A DNA stretch of 64,000 nt from an uncultured delta proteobacterium (GCA_963806225.1 CAWDXG010000004.1:64001-128000); one strand, 5' to 3'. Counted from the stretch's first letter, positions 42,929 through 52,797 are shown. Notes: generated by a model from the letters alone, not told the origin. Program-made: numbers and translations.

Positions 42929-44269
42929 TCAAGCGAGCGGCGGCGCGCAGTCGAGGCCGGAAGCGCCATCCACCGACGACCAGAAGCGCGCATACGCGCT
43001 CCGCTCGGGGCCGGTCGGTTCGTAGCCGTCGCGCCACGCCGACTCGAGCTGTTCGGCTTCGTCGAAGGCCTGGACGCTGTGGGCCAGGCGCTCGTCGGCG
43101 CTGCCGCTCCGGCGAGCTCCAGCGCAGCGTCCGAGAGCGCGTCCTCCAGCTCGATCGCGGACCGGCGAGAACGCGGCAAGGAAGGCCGGAAGATCGGCGA
43201 GCGCGCCGCGATGCAGGAGCTCGTGGCGCCACCAGAGCGTGGCCGGCGTCGAAGCGATCGCCCGGCGTCGGGCCGAGGTCCGGCAGCCCGGCGTCGAGCC
43301 AAACCGGCTTGAACACCGACGTGCACGGCGCCGCGGTGCCGGTAGCGAAGTGCGTGCGTGCCCGAGCGGCCGAGATGGCTGACGAGCGACGCGGTGGTCT
43401 GCCCGGCGCGGCGCGTCGGCCACCACGAAGCGTGCGCGCACACCGTCATCAGCACGCCGCGACGCGCGAGCTCGGGACGATCGTGCGGGCCGTGCTGGCG
43501 CAGGGCGCTCATCGCATCGCGCGCCTCGAGCCGCCCGGCGCGTCGGCGAGAGGTAGCTCTGGCTGCATCGCCGGCGGCGCGCAGCGGCGGCTCCACGCGT
43601 CATCAGCGGATCGGCAAACGTGCTCGCGAAGTCGAACGCTCCCCTGCCCCGCAGCAGCCCCTGATCGCGCGCATAGGCTTCGAGGTGTGCCGAACCGCGA
43701 TCCCAGCGATCGCGGATCGTCAGGCCATTGGAGATCGAGCGGATGCCGCTCACGCGCTCCGCGACCCACGCGCGCCCGGCCGTCTCGAGCACCCAGGCGT
43801 CTTCCGGGTCGGCCAGGATGAAGCTGTTGTCGTAGCGCATGCCGGTGTCGCGGTAGCCCGCGGGCCCGCCCTGGCCGTGCTCTTCCAGTAGCGCCCCGAG
43901 CACCTCGACGCCTTGCTGCGCGGTGTCCGCCCGCTCCAGCGCGAGCCTCAGCATGTCCATCCCGAGCAGACCGACGCCCTGCTGCGGCGTGCGCGTGAAC
44001 ACCGCTTCGTTGCCGATCACGAGCCCGCGTTCGTTCGCGCCCATCTCCGCTCCCCACATCCAGTGCGGTCGCGAGAGCAGTACGGCGTGCGTTCGGCTAG
44101 CCTGGGGGATCTCGATGTACGTGCAGCGCACGCGGGCGCCGGCCTCGTGATCCTGTGCGGCGACGAGCTCCAGCGCCTGCGCCTCGCCCGGCTCGCGGTC
44201 GCTGTTCTTCGCGAACAGCACGCTCCCGTCGGCCGTTGCCGGGCCCACCGCCACCAAGGTGTCGCACAT
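42929..44269 (-). CDS. C69 family dipeptidase (secernin-like Ntn hydrolase), frameshifted
   Basis: MCDTLVA (Cys2 nucleophile), FAKNSDRE, WMWGAEMGANE, LLGMDMLRLALER. Confidence 0.9.
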   Translation of the reverse strand: MCDTLVAVGPATADGSVLFAKNSDREPGEAQALELVAAQDHEAGARVRCTYIEIPQASRTHAVLLSRPHWMWGAEMGANERGLVIGNEAVFTRTPQQGVGLLGMDMLRLALERADTAQQGVEVLGALLEEHGQGGPAGYRDTGMRYDNSFILADPEDAWVLETAGRAWVAERVSGIRSISNGLTIRDRWDRGSAHLEAYARDQGLLRGRGAFDFASTFADPLMTRGAAAARRRRCSQSYLSPTRRAARGARCDERPAPARPARSSRARASRRADDGVRARFVVADAPRRADHRVARQPSRPLGHARTSLPAPRRRARRCSSRFGSTPGCRTSARRRAIASTPATLWWRHELLHRGALADLPAFLAAFSPVRDRAGGRALGRCAGARRSGSADERLAHSVQAFDEAEQLESAWRDGYEPTGPERSAYARFWSSVDGASGLDCAPPLA

Positions 44270-44424
44270 GCGCCGGCAGCGTAGCGCGCGACCGCGGACG
44301 GGCGTCCACGGAGACGGGCCGGGCGGGGGCTGGCTGGACGGCGCCCGGCGTTCTGCGGCTGCCAGGACTCGCCATTTCCTGTGGGATTCCGGGGCCTGCG
44401 GAGCCGTGGCCAGTCCGGGCAATC

Positions 44425-44453
44425 TTGACAAACCCGATGTGAGAAAGCATATC
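44425..44453 (+). promoter_or_regulatory. Putative sigma70 promoter, probably giving a leaderless Rrf2 mRNA
   Basis: Perfect TTGACA, 17-bp spacer, weak -10 CATATC. The GTG start is 8 nt later with no SD. Confidence 0.5.
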
Positions 44454-44461
44454 CCCCGGGC

Positions 44462-44923
44462 GTGAAGCTCTCGAACAAAGGCCGCTACGCCGTCCGCGCC
44501 CTGTTCGACATCGCCTTCTACAACGAAGGCCGTCCGACGCAGGTCAAGGACATCGCCGAGCGGCAGGGGATCCCGCCCCGCTTCCTCGAGCAGATCTTCC
44601 AGGATCTGAAACGGGCGTCCATCGTGGGGTCGAAGCGCGGGCCGCAGGGTGGCTACAGCCTGGCGCGGGGCGCGACGGAGATCCGGCTCGGCGACGTCGT
44701 GCGCGCGCTCGAGGGGCCGATCGTGCTCGGCGAGCGGCGAGCATCGGGCAAGCAGCCGCGCGGCGGCGGCGAGTCGCGGCGCGTCACCGAGGCCGTGTTC
44801 CGTGATCTGTCGACGCGGGTCCAGGAGTGCTTCGATTCGGTCACGATTGCGGACATCTGCACGCGCGCGGAGCAGCTGGGGCTGCGCCGCCCGGGGTCCC
44901 AGCGCTATGTCTACGTCATCTGA
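44462..44923 (+). CDS. Rrf2 family regulator, CymR-like
   Basis: KGRYAVRAL, FLEQIF, SKRGPQGGYSLA, ALEG. Lacks the IscR Cys triad. C-terminus YVYVI resembles CymR YMFYI. Overlaps cysK. Confidence 0.9.
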   Translation: MKLSNKGRYAVRALFDIAFYNEGRPTQVKDIAERQGIPPRFLEQIFQDLKRASIVGSKRGPQGGYSLARGATEIRLGDVVRALEGPIVLGERRASGKQPRGGGESRRVTEAVFRDLSTRVQECFDSVTIADICTRAEQLGLRRPGSQRYVYVI

Positions 44924-45889
44924 TCGCGGACTGCCGCCGCTGGCCGGGCATCCGCTCGTCTACGAGTCCACGCTCGATCTGATCGCGGACACGCCGCTCG
45001 TCGAGATCCGTCGGCTGGAACGCGACGCTCCGCGCGCGCGCGTATTCGGCAAGATGGAGGCGGCCAATCCAGGCGGCTCGGTCAAGGACCGCATCTGCCT
45101 GTGGATGATCGAGCGGGCGGAAGAGCAGGGCCAGCTCGGTCCGGGCGGCGTGGTGGTCGAGCCCACCAGCGGCAACACCGGGCATCGGGCTGGCACTGGT
45201 CTGCGCCAGGCGCGGCTATCGCTGCATCCTGACCATGCCTGAAAGCATGAGCCTCGAGCGACGGCAGCTGCTCGAGTCGTTCGGCGCCGAGCTCGTCCTC
45301 ACGCCCGAGGACGGGCAGATGGAGGGCGCCATCGCGCGTGCGCGGGAGATCGCCGCGGAGACGCCCGGCAGCTTCATGCCCCAGCAGTTCGACAACACGG
45401 CCAATCCCGACGCGCACGCGGCCACGACCGCGGAGGAGATCTTCCATTCGATGGAGGATCTGTCGATCGACGCTTTCGTCGCGGCGGTCGGCACGGGTGG
45501 CACCGTGAGCGGCGTGGGGCGAGTGCTGCGCCGCGAGCGGCCCGGGCTGCCGCGTGATCGCCGTGGAGCCCGAGAGCTGCGCCACGATCTCGCGCGGCGA
45601 GCGCGGGCCGTCGAAGATCCAGGGCATCGCCGCCGGCTTCGTGCCGCGCAACTACGACCCGGAGGTGCCGCACGAGGTGCGCACGGTCAGCGACGAACGC
45701 GCCTACCGGACCAAGATCGATGCTGGCCCGCCGCGAAGGCCTGCTCGTGGGTATCAGCGCGGGCGCGAACGTCAGCCGTCGCGCTGGACGTGGCGCGTGA
45801 GCTGGGCGAAGGAAAGAACGTCGTCACCATCCTGTGTGACACCGGCGAACGCTATTTCAGCCTCGATGAGTACTTCCAGCGACAAATGA
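44907..45889 (+). CDS. cysK: Cysteine synthase A, frameshifted
   Basis: [50 protein letters not shown]. Confidence 0.9.
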
Positions 45890-46620
45890 GCCGGTCGCCG
45901 AGCGCGAGTGCGCTGGTCGTGGGCGTCGGGGGTCTCGGCTGCCCGGCGGCCTTTTCGTTGGTCCAGGCCGGAGTCGGCCGAGTGGTGCTGGCCGACGATG
46001 ATCGGGTCGACGAGACGAATCTGCACCGGCAGATCCTGTTCGACGAGCAGGACGTGGGACAGGACAAGCTCGACGCCGCCGAGCGCGCGCTTTCGCGCTA
46101 CGTCGCGCCGGGGCAGAGCATCGAGCTTGTGCGCTCGCGCTTTCTGCCGGACAACGCGCGCGAGCTCGCCCGTTCGGTCGATGTCGTGGTGGAGGGCGCC
46201 GACAACTTCGCGACCAAGTTCCTGGCAGCCGACGCCTGCCGTCTGGAACGACGCCCCGTGATCCACGGATCGGGCGTGCGCTGGGTGGCCACGGCGTGGT
46301 CCGTCGCTCCGGGCGGCCGGCCCTGCTACCGCTGCCTGTTCGAGGACCTTCCCGGCGGCACGCCGCGCCGAACTGCGCCGAGGCCGGCGTGATGGGCCCG
46401 GTCGTCGGCATCGCCGGGCGCACTGATGGCCGATCTCGCGCTTTCGGTGCTGTCGGGTGATGCGGAGCGCTTCGGCCGGATCTACACCTTCGATGGGAGG
46501 ACCGACCGGCTCAGGGCCGTGGAGGTGGCGCCGCGCACGGAGTGTCCGCTGTGCGGCGCCGAGCCGCGCATACAGGACATCGACGAGTCGCGGTATCTAG
46601 CCCCGGGCTGTGCCGCCTGA
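45886..46620 (+). CDS. ThiF/MoeB family E1-like adenylyltransferase lacking the N-terminal RYxRQ segment; frameshift near 46365
   Basis: VVGVGGLG starts about 10 residues from the start. Also [30 protein letters not shown] and CPLC. Confidence 0.9.
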
Positions 46621-46677
46621 ACGACGTAGGCGTTCCGTCCCCAGGGCGATGCGCCACTGAACGACAAGGAGAGCAGG

Positions 46678-46956
46678 ATGGACATCATCGTTCGCATTCC
46701 GACGCCGCTGCGCACCCTCACCGGTGGCAGCGAGCAGGTCAACGCCAAGGGCGAGACGGTCAAGGACGTCATCGAGGATCTGGAGCAGAACCATCCCGGC
46801 ATGCGGGACCGGTTGCTGGACGACAAGGGCGTGCGCCGCTTCGTGAACATCTACGTGGGCGACGAGGACATCCGATTCCTGGACGGACTCGAGACGAAGC
46901 TGAAGAGCGGCGACGAGATCAGCATCGTGCCCGCGATTGCGGGAGGCGCCGGCTGA
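46678..46956 (+). CDS. MoaD/ThiS/CysO-type ubiquitin-like sulfur carrier ending GG-AG
   Basis: VRIPTPLRTLTGG, RFVNIYV and DEISIVPAIAGGAG; SD AGGAG upstream. Confidence 0.92.
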   Translation: MDIIVRIPTPLRTLTGGSEQVNAKGETVKDVIEDLEQNHPGMRDRLLDDKGVRRFVNIYVGDEDIRFLDGLETKLKSGDEISIVPAIAGGAG

Positions 46957-46961
46957 CGGCG

Positions 46962-47253
46962 ATGTTCGGCGAGGATCGCTACACGCGCCAGCGTCGCCTG
47001 CAGCGAAGTGGGCGACGCCGGCCAGGCGCGCATCGCGGGCTCCCGGCTCGAGGTGAGCGACAGCGACGGTGCGCTCGTCGAGGCGATGTACCTCACCGCG
47101 CAGGCGTCGAGCGTGTCTCCATCACGCCGCGCGCCGGCGCCGAGCCATTCGCCCACGCGGGGGTGTTCCATTTCCCGGCGACGCAGGAGCGCGGGCGCGG
47201 GCGCCTGGCGCGCGCTCGAAAAGCTCCGGGGCGTGCTGGAAGGCGGAACATGA
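46962..47253 (+). CDS. Small degenerate ThiF/MoeB-like protein of about 97 aa carrying the RYxRQ motif; frameshifted
   Basis: Reconstructed MFGEDRYTRQRRLxEVGDAGQARI...MYLxRAGVERVSI...GAGAWRALEKLRGVL. No GxGGLG loop. Needs about 3 frame changes. The stop overlaps the cysM ATG. Confidence 0.65.
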
Positions 47254-48201
47254 GCCGGCGGCTGGTGCGCTGTCGGCGGCTGCCGTCGGTGATCGACGCG
47301 ATCGGCAACACGCCGCTGCTCAGGCTCGAGCGCGTGGCACGCTCGGCGCCCGGCGTGGAGGTCTACGTCAAGCTCGAGTTCGCCAATCCCGGCGGCTCGG
47401 TGAAGGACCGTCCTGCCCTGCGCATCATCCAGGACGCCATCGCCGACGGCCGACTTGACGGAGGACCGCATCCTGATCGACGCGACCAGCGGCAACACCG
47501 GCGTGGCGTACTCGCTGGTCGGCGCGGCGCTGGGCTATCGCGTCCAGCTGGTGATGCCGGCGAACGTGACCAAGGCGCGCAAGGATATCACGCAGGCGTT
47601 CGGCACCGAGCTCGTCTACAGCGATCCGATGGAGGGCTCCGACGGCGCGATCAAGGTCGTGCAGAAGCTCGTCGCGGAAAATCCCGACCGCTATTTCTAC
47701 GCCGACCAGTACTCGAACCCTTCGAATCCCCTCGCCCACTACCACGGTACGGGCGTGGAGATCCTCGAAGCGCTCGGCGACCGCATCACGCATTTCGTCG
47801 CGGGGCTCGGCACCAGCGGCACGGTGATGGGCACGACGCGCCGGCTGCACGAGCACACCCGGCCCGTCCACTGCGTGGCGGTGGAACCTGCCGAGGCGCT
47901 GCACGGGCTCGAAGGCCTGAAGCACATGGAGTCGAGCATCGTGCCGGCCATCTTCGACCCGTCGGTGCCGGACGAGATCATGCGGGTCGGTACGGAGGAC
48001 GGCTGGGACATGGCCGACCGGGTCGCTGCAGAGGAGGGCCTGCACGTCGGTCATTCGACGGGCGCGAACATCTTCGCCGCAGTGAAGCTCGCCGAGCGGC
48101 TGTCACGAGAGGGACGCGGCGGCTGCGTGGTCACGGTGGCCTGCGATCGCGGCGATCGCTACTTTGCGCCGATGAAGTGGGAACGGCGCTACGTCTGGTA
48201 G
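47250..48201 (+). CDS. cysM: Cysteine synthase B/CysM-like PLP enzyme, frameshift near 47455
   Basis: [54 protein letters not shown]. Confidence 0.82.
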
Positions 48202-48210
48202 AGAGGCCCG

Positions 48211-48723
48211 ATGACGAAACCCGCGTGGACGACCGGCAATATCCGCATCCCGCGTTCGTGCTGGCCGAGGTGGAGCGGGCGGCGCGCGAGGCCTACGCGC
48301 GCGACGAGGAGGCGTGCGGCTATCTCGAAGGACCGGCCGAGGACGAGCTGCTGGTGGACCGCGCCATCGAGCTCGAGAACCTGGCCAACAAGTACCACGA
48401 GGTCGATCCCGAAGGTCATCCGCGCACCGGGCGCGAGTACTTCAAGATCAACGCGTTGAAGTTCGAACGCGCGATCGAAGCCGGGCGGACAGCAGAATCG
48501 GCCGGTCAAGGTCTTCTTCCACTCCCACCTCGACTGCGGCGCGTACTTCAGCGACGAGGACGCCGCGAGCATGACGATGGGCGGCCGCGGCGAGCCGTCG
48601 CACGATCTGGCCTATCTGGTGACGGCGGTCGACCGCGGCGAGGTCACTGCGCATCGGCTGTTCGTGTGGGACGCGGCCGGGCGGAGCTTCGTGGAAGCAC
48701 CGCTCCACCCGTTCGACGAGTGA
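48211..48723 (+). CDS. JAMM/MPN (Mec-like) metalloprotease, frameshifted
   Basis: EEACGYL (catalytic Glu) and FFHSHLDCGAYFSDED (HSH-x7-S-x2-D JAMM motif) in joined frames. Confidence 0.88.
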
Positions 48724-48727
48724 CGCC

Positions 48728-50054
48728 GTGCGGATTGGCAAGGGACCGGGAGTGCTACCGCCGAGCCGGCTCGCGGTGTGTCTGCTGGTCGCGCTTTCGG
48801 CCTTCTTGAACGCCGCCCCGGCGCGGGCCGACCTCGACAGCGACGTGACGCGCCTGGCCGCGGCCTGGAGGGCCCGGGAAGCGGAGGTGCGCGGGTACCC
48901 GCCGCACCTGCTCGAGCGCGGCGAGACGAAGCTGCTCTTTTTGCCGGAAGAAGCCACTTCCTCCAAGCTTCCTGGCTGCACCACGGTGGCGGTGCTGGGC
49001 GCGGTGTCGACCAGCTTCGTGTTGCGCTTCGCTCCGCCCCGGCGTCGCTCCCAGCGCTCGGGCGGTGAATGGCCGCGCGTCGCCGTTGCAGGGATTGCGG
49101 AAGTCACGCGCTGCGGGGACACGCGCGGGTCGCTGTCGCGCCTGGTGGTCGAGATGCGTTCACCGCGCGCCGTGCTGGAGGTTGTCGTCGCGCGTTCCCT
49201 GGCGCCGCTGTCGGCTGTCGACGCCGTCCTTCCGCAGCGCAACCCGGGGCCCGTCGCCCAACCGATTGCCTCCGGGCCGCGACCGATGCTCGGACCGCTC
49301 AGTGTGCGGGCCAAGGCCATCGAGGCCGCCGCGCGGCGGCGGGGCGCCGTGTTCCAGTGAGCGGCGGCTCATGACAGCCGACGGCGACGGTGCCGGCGAG
49401 AAGGATCTGGTGCTCGACGAAGGCTGTCACCGCATCGATCTGCTCGGGCCAACGCTCGCCACGAGCGCGCGCCCGCCGGACATCGACGCGATGATCGTGG
49501 ATCGTGCCACTTCGGCCCCGCTCGCCAGCGACCGCACCGAGAGTGCGGACGCCACTCTGGAGCTCTGCGTGGGACACCGCGCGGCCGTACAGCTGCACTT
49601 CGCCGGCGCACCGGCGCGCGAACAGCGGTCACGATGCTGCACGCGCGCACGCCGTTGCCGACTGGATTGCCGGAGTACTGGGGGCCGCAGGCTCGCGGAC
49701 ACATGGCGGAGGCTCTGCGCGCCCACCGCCTGCGCTCGCTCGGCGGCTCTCCGGTCTACGACTCACTGGGTGTCGTGCGGGGTCACTGCGCTGCCCGTAC
49801 GGGTGGAGCCCGGCGCCTGCTACGTAGCGGCGGTCGCGGCCCTCCGGGGCGACGAGCAGGGACTGGCTCTCGCGGCCTCGGCCGGCACCGAGGACCACCA
49901 GAACCAGACCGATGCCAGCGGGACGGCGCTGGCCTTCTGCGCGAGAGCGAGCACGACCGCGCTAATCGAGATCGACGCGCGCGGGCACGGGCTCGTCTGG
50001 CTTTTCGCGCTGTGGCAGACCGGACGCGTGCCGATCGGAGGCGCGTCACTGTGA
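48728..50054 (+). CDS. Exported hypothetical protein with three Cys-pair beta-sandwich-like repeats; frameshifted
   Basis: Signal peptide ending PARA. Repeats PGCTTVAV..TRC, EGCHRIDL..ELC and GACYVAAV..AFC. Confidence 0.65.
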
Positions 50055-51745
50055 ACGCCTTCCCGACCCTGGTGACCCTGCTGGTCGCTTCGGCGCTGGC
50101 CGGCTGCGGCAGCGCCCCCGCGCCGCGGCCTGCGCGGAGTGCGCCCGGGGTCACGCCCTTTTCGCGCATTCGCGAAAAGCCGGATGGCCACACGTGGCTC
50201 GGGGCGGATGCGCGGCGCGCGCGCCAGGCCGGCGCGGGACGATCGATGGTGATCACGGTCGGCGCTGGCGCAGCGGGGGACCGCATCGAGGGAATGGTCG
50301 GGGTACCGGCCAAGGCGTGCGTGCTTCTGCTGGCTCGCGCTTCTGGTTCGGTACAGGACGTGGATCTGTTCGCGTACGGCGACGATGGCAGGACCCTGGG
50401 CACCGACGAGGCGCCCGACGACAAGCCCACCCTGCTGGTATGTCCGCCGCATCCGCGCCATCTCTATCTTGTAGCCCGCGTCGCAGCGGGGCACGGGCTC
50501 GTCGCGATCGGCGCGCAGCTCGTGAGCCGCAAGGACGCGGCCCGCGTGGGAAAAGCTCTTTCCGCCCGCGGTCGCCCCGGGGAAGCCGCCCGCCGCGCGC
50601 AGAACTGGCCCGGCCTGGAAGAAAAGCTCGCCCGGCACCGCCACCTCATCGGCGCGAGCTGGACCGACGTGCGCCGTGTCGCGGTGCCGGTGGAGCCGCG
50701 TGTTGCAACGCGCGTGTCGGCGATGGTCGACGCCGGCCGCTGTCTCGACGTGCTGGTGCTGCCGTCCGACGAGGTCTCGCACGTCAACGTCGATGTGGTC
50801 GATCAGCACGCGCGCATCGTGGGACGTGCCCGGGCGAGTGGGCGGGACCGATCGCTCCTCGTGTGCTCGCCCGTTGCCGAGCCGGTCACACTCGAGGTCC
50901 GGCCGCACGCGGGACGTGGGCTGGTCGCGGTCGTGCTGTCCCGCTCCGGTCCCGCCGCCGCACGCGACCTGCAGGTGCCTGCCCTCCGGTTCGATCTCGC
51001 GCCGGTGGGAGATCTGGCGGAAGCCCGGCGGAATCACGATGCCGAGCTCGAGCAGGCGGGCTACGAGCGGGCAAAGGTGGTGCACAAGGGCCAGCTCGAG
51101 GTTGGAAAGCGCACGAGCGTGGCACTGCATCTTCTGCGGGGCTGCTCCCGGTTCGACGTAGTGGTCGGGAAACCTGCGCGCGGCGTCCACGCGCTGCTCT
51201 GGGCAGCGGACGGCTCGCTGATCGCCAGCGACAGCGGGGGGCGCGCCGCAACGCTGTTCGCCTGCTCGCACGGCGGCGAGGCCCGGCTCGACCTGGACGC
51301 GACGACCCGCCCTGGGCCCTACGCGGTCGAGTCGAGGCCCGAGCGCAATACGCCGGCCGTGCTCATCGATCATCCCCTCGCCGCCGGCCGCCTTCTAGCG
51401 CGCATGACCGCGCACGGCGTGATCCAGCTGGCCAGCCAGCTGGGTGCGGCGAGAGCGGTCCCGCTCTCCCCGACCAAGGAGCAGCGTCTGGACGTGCTGG
51501 TTCCTGTCGGCCGCTGCGTCGATGTGAGCCTCGCGCTGGGCCCCGGCGCGACGGGCGCGGAGCTCCGTCTCGTCGACGTCCGGGACGGCAAGGAGCTGGC
51601 GCTGTCGCGCGGCGTCGAATCGACCGGCGGGCGTGTCTGTGCTCTTTCGCGCGCGTCGACGCTGCACGCCCGCGCGGAGCTCAGAGCGACCGTGGGCCAC
51701 GGCACCGGCCTGGTCGCCACGCGCATGCTCACGCCCCACCCGTGA
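50051..51745 (+). CDS. Hypothetical lipoprotein with four Cys-pair repeats related to its upstream neighbour
   Basis: GTGA overlap and lipobox LAGC. Repeats ACVLLLA..DVDL..LVC, RCLDVLV..LVC, GCSRFDV..FAC and RCVDVSL..RVC. Confidence 0.75.
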   Translation: MNAFPTLVTLLVASALAGCGSAPAPRPARSAPGVTPFSRIREKPDGHTWLGADARRARQAGAGRSMVITVGAGAAGDRIEGMVGVPAKACVLLLARASGSVQDVDLFAYGDDGRTLGTDEAPDDKPTLLVCPPHPRHLYLVARVAAGHGLVAIGAQLVSRKDAARVGKALSARGRPGEAARRAQNWPGLEEKLARHRHLIGASWTDVRRVAVPVEPRVATRVSAMVDAGRCLDVLVLPSDEVSHVNVDVVDQHARIVGRARASGRDRSLLVCSPVAEPVTLEVRPHAGRGLVAVVLSRSGPAAARDLQVPALRFDLAPVGDLAEARRNHDAELEQAGYERAKVVHKGQLEVGKRTSVALHLLRGCSRFDVVVGKPARGVHALLWAADGSLIASDSGGRAATLFACSHGGEARLDLDATTRPGPYAVESRPERNTPAVLIDHPLAAGRLLARMTAHGVIQLASQLGAARAVPLSPTKEQRLDVLVPVGRCVDVSLALGPGATGAELRLVDVRDGKELALSRGVESTGGRVCALSRASTLHARAELRATVGHGTGLVATRMLTPHP

Positions 51746-51802
51746 ACGCGCTCGATGCGGGCCTGGGCCGGTCGACTGCCGTGGCGGGTGCCCGGCTGGA
51801 AA

Positions 51803-52672
51803 CTAGCGTCCCAACGGCACCACGTCTGCGGGGCGCAGGCTGCGGTGGTCGCCGTCGATGTTCGAGATCTGGATCGAATCAGCGCTGGCCGACACCACCT
51901 TCGCCCGTCGCCACGGCGCGGCCAGGCTCGTCGGTCGCGCCAAGACGAAATCACCGCGACGTGGCTCGTGTTTGTACGGCGGTGCTGGCACGACAGCATC
52001 GTGGGGCAGCTCGGAGATGCGGCTGTCGGCGCGCCAGCGCACGCGCAGAACGTCGTCGTCGATTTCGTGGATCGTCGCCGAGTACCACCGAAAATCGCGC
52101 AATGCGAGCACGTGCTCGTGCGGTCGGGGCCGCCAGCCCTTGGGCGGCGCCGGGTGTCCCGCGGCGGCGGCTGCACGCGAGAAGGCCTGACGACGATGCG
52201 TCTGCTGGAAGTAGCGTTGCAGGTCCAGACGCGTGAGCGCGGTCGGCGCGATCACGCGCGAGCGTGCAACATGCAGCGGAGCTCCGTTGCCGCCGACCGC
52301 TTCGAGCCTGTCCCCCCGGGCGCTTTCTATGCGGCAAGGCTGCCAGTGGGCGGGGCGGGAGGAACAGATGGCGAGGTCCCCGACGCGGAACGTATGAGGG
52401 GCCGGCGGCAGGAGATAGGCGTCGCTCGCCTGGACGTGACGGAACTCGCCGCCCCCGGTTGTCTGCACCTCGAGCGTATGTCCCTTGGCCGAGAGCACCC
52501 TTGCCTCGAAGAATTCCGCGGCGGTCTGCTCGATGACGATGCGGTCGCCGCGCTTCGGACCTCCTGGGGCCGTTTCCTCCCGCTGGGCCCGGTGACGGCT
52601 GCAACCGAAGGCGCCGGCGAGTGCCAGGAGCCAGCAAATCGCGCGGCATTTTCGGGGGTTGAGCGTGGTCAC
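51803..52672 (-). CDS. Lipoprotein with repeated Tudor/Agenet/SH3-like barrels
   Basis: Lipobox AFGC. Repeats GDRIV..FFEARV, GDLAI..WQPCRI, EHVLA..WYSATI and GDFVLA..WRRAKV. Confidence 0.65.
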   Translation of the reverse strand: MTTLNPRKCRAICWLLALAGAFGCSRHRAQREETAPGGPKRGDRIVIEQTAAEFFEARVLSAKGHTLEVQTTGGGEFRHVQASDAYLLPPAPHTFRVGDLAICSSRPAHWQPCRIESARGDRLEAVGGNGAPLHVARSRVIAPTALTRLDLQRYFQQTHRRQAFSRAAAAAGHPAPPKGWRPRPHEHVLALRDFRWYSATIHEIDDDVLRVRWRADSRISELPHDAVVPAPPYKHEPRRGDFVLARPTSLAAPWRRAKVVSASADSIQISNIDGDHRSLRPADVVPLGR

Positions 52673-52797
52673 GTGGAGATCATGTCGGGCTGGCGCAAGG
52701 CGCGCCTTTCGGTTTACCCTCCGGCAGCCTACATCCGGCGGCTGCGATTCCAGCAGACCGACTATCGCAAGCACTTTCGGGAGAGGAGCACGAACCC

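Noticed and set aside
45235..46392. Apparent CysK-MoeB fusion ORF
   Set aside because: The ATGA overlap at 45886-45889 and a one-base shift giving ...FSDK-stop explain it as two coupled genes joined by an indel.
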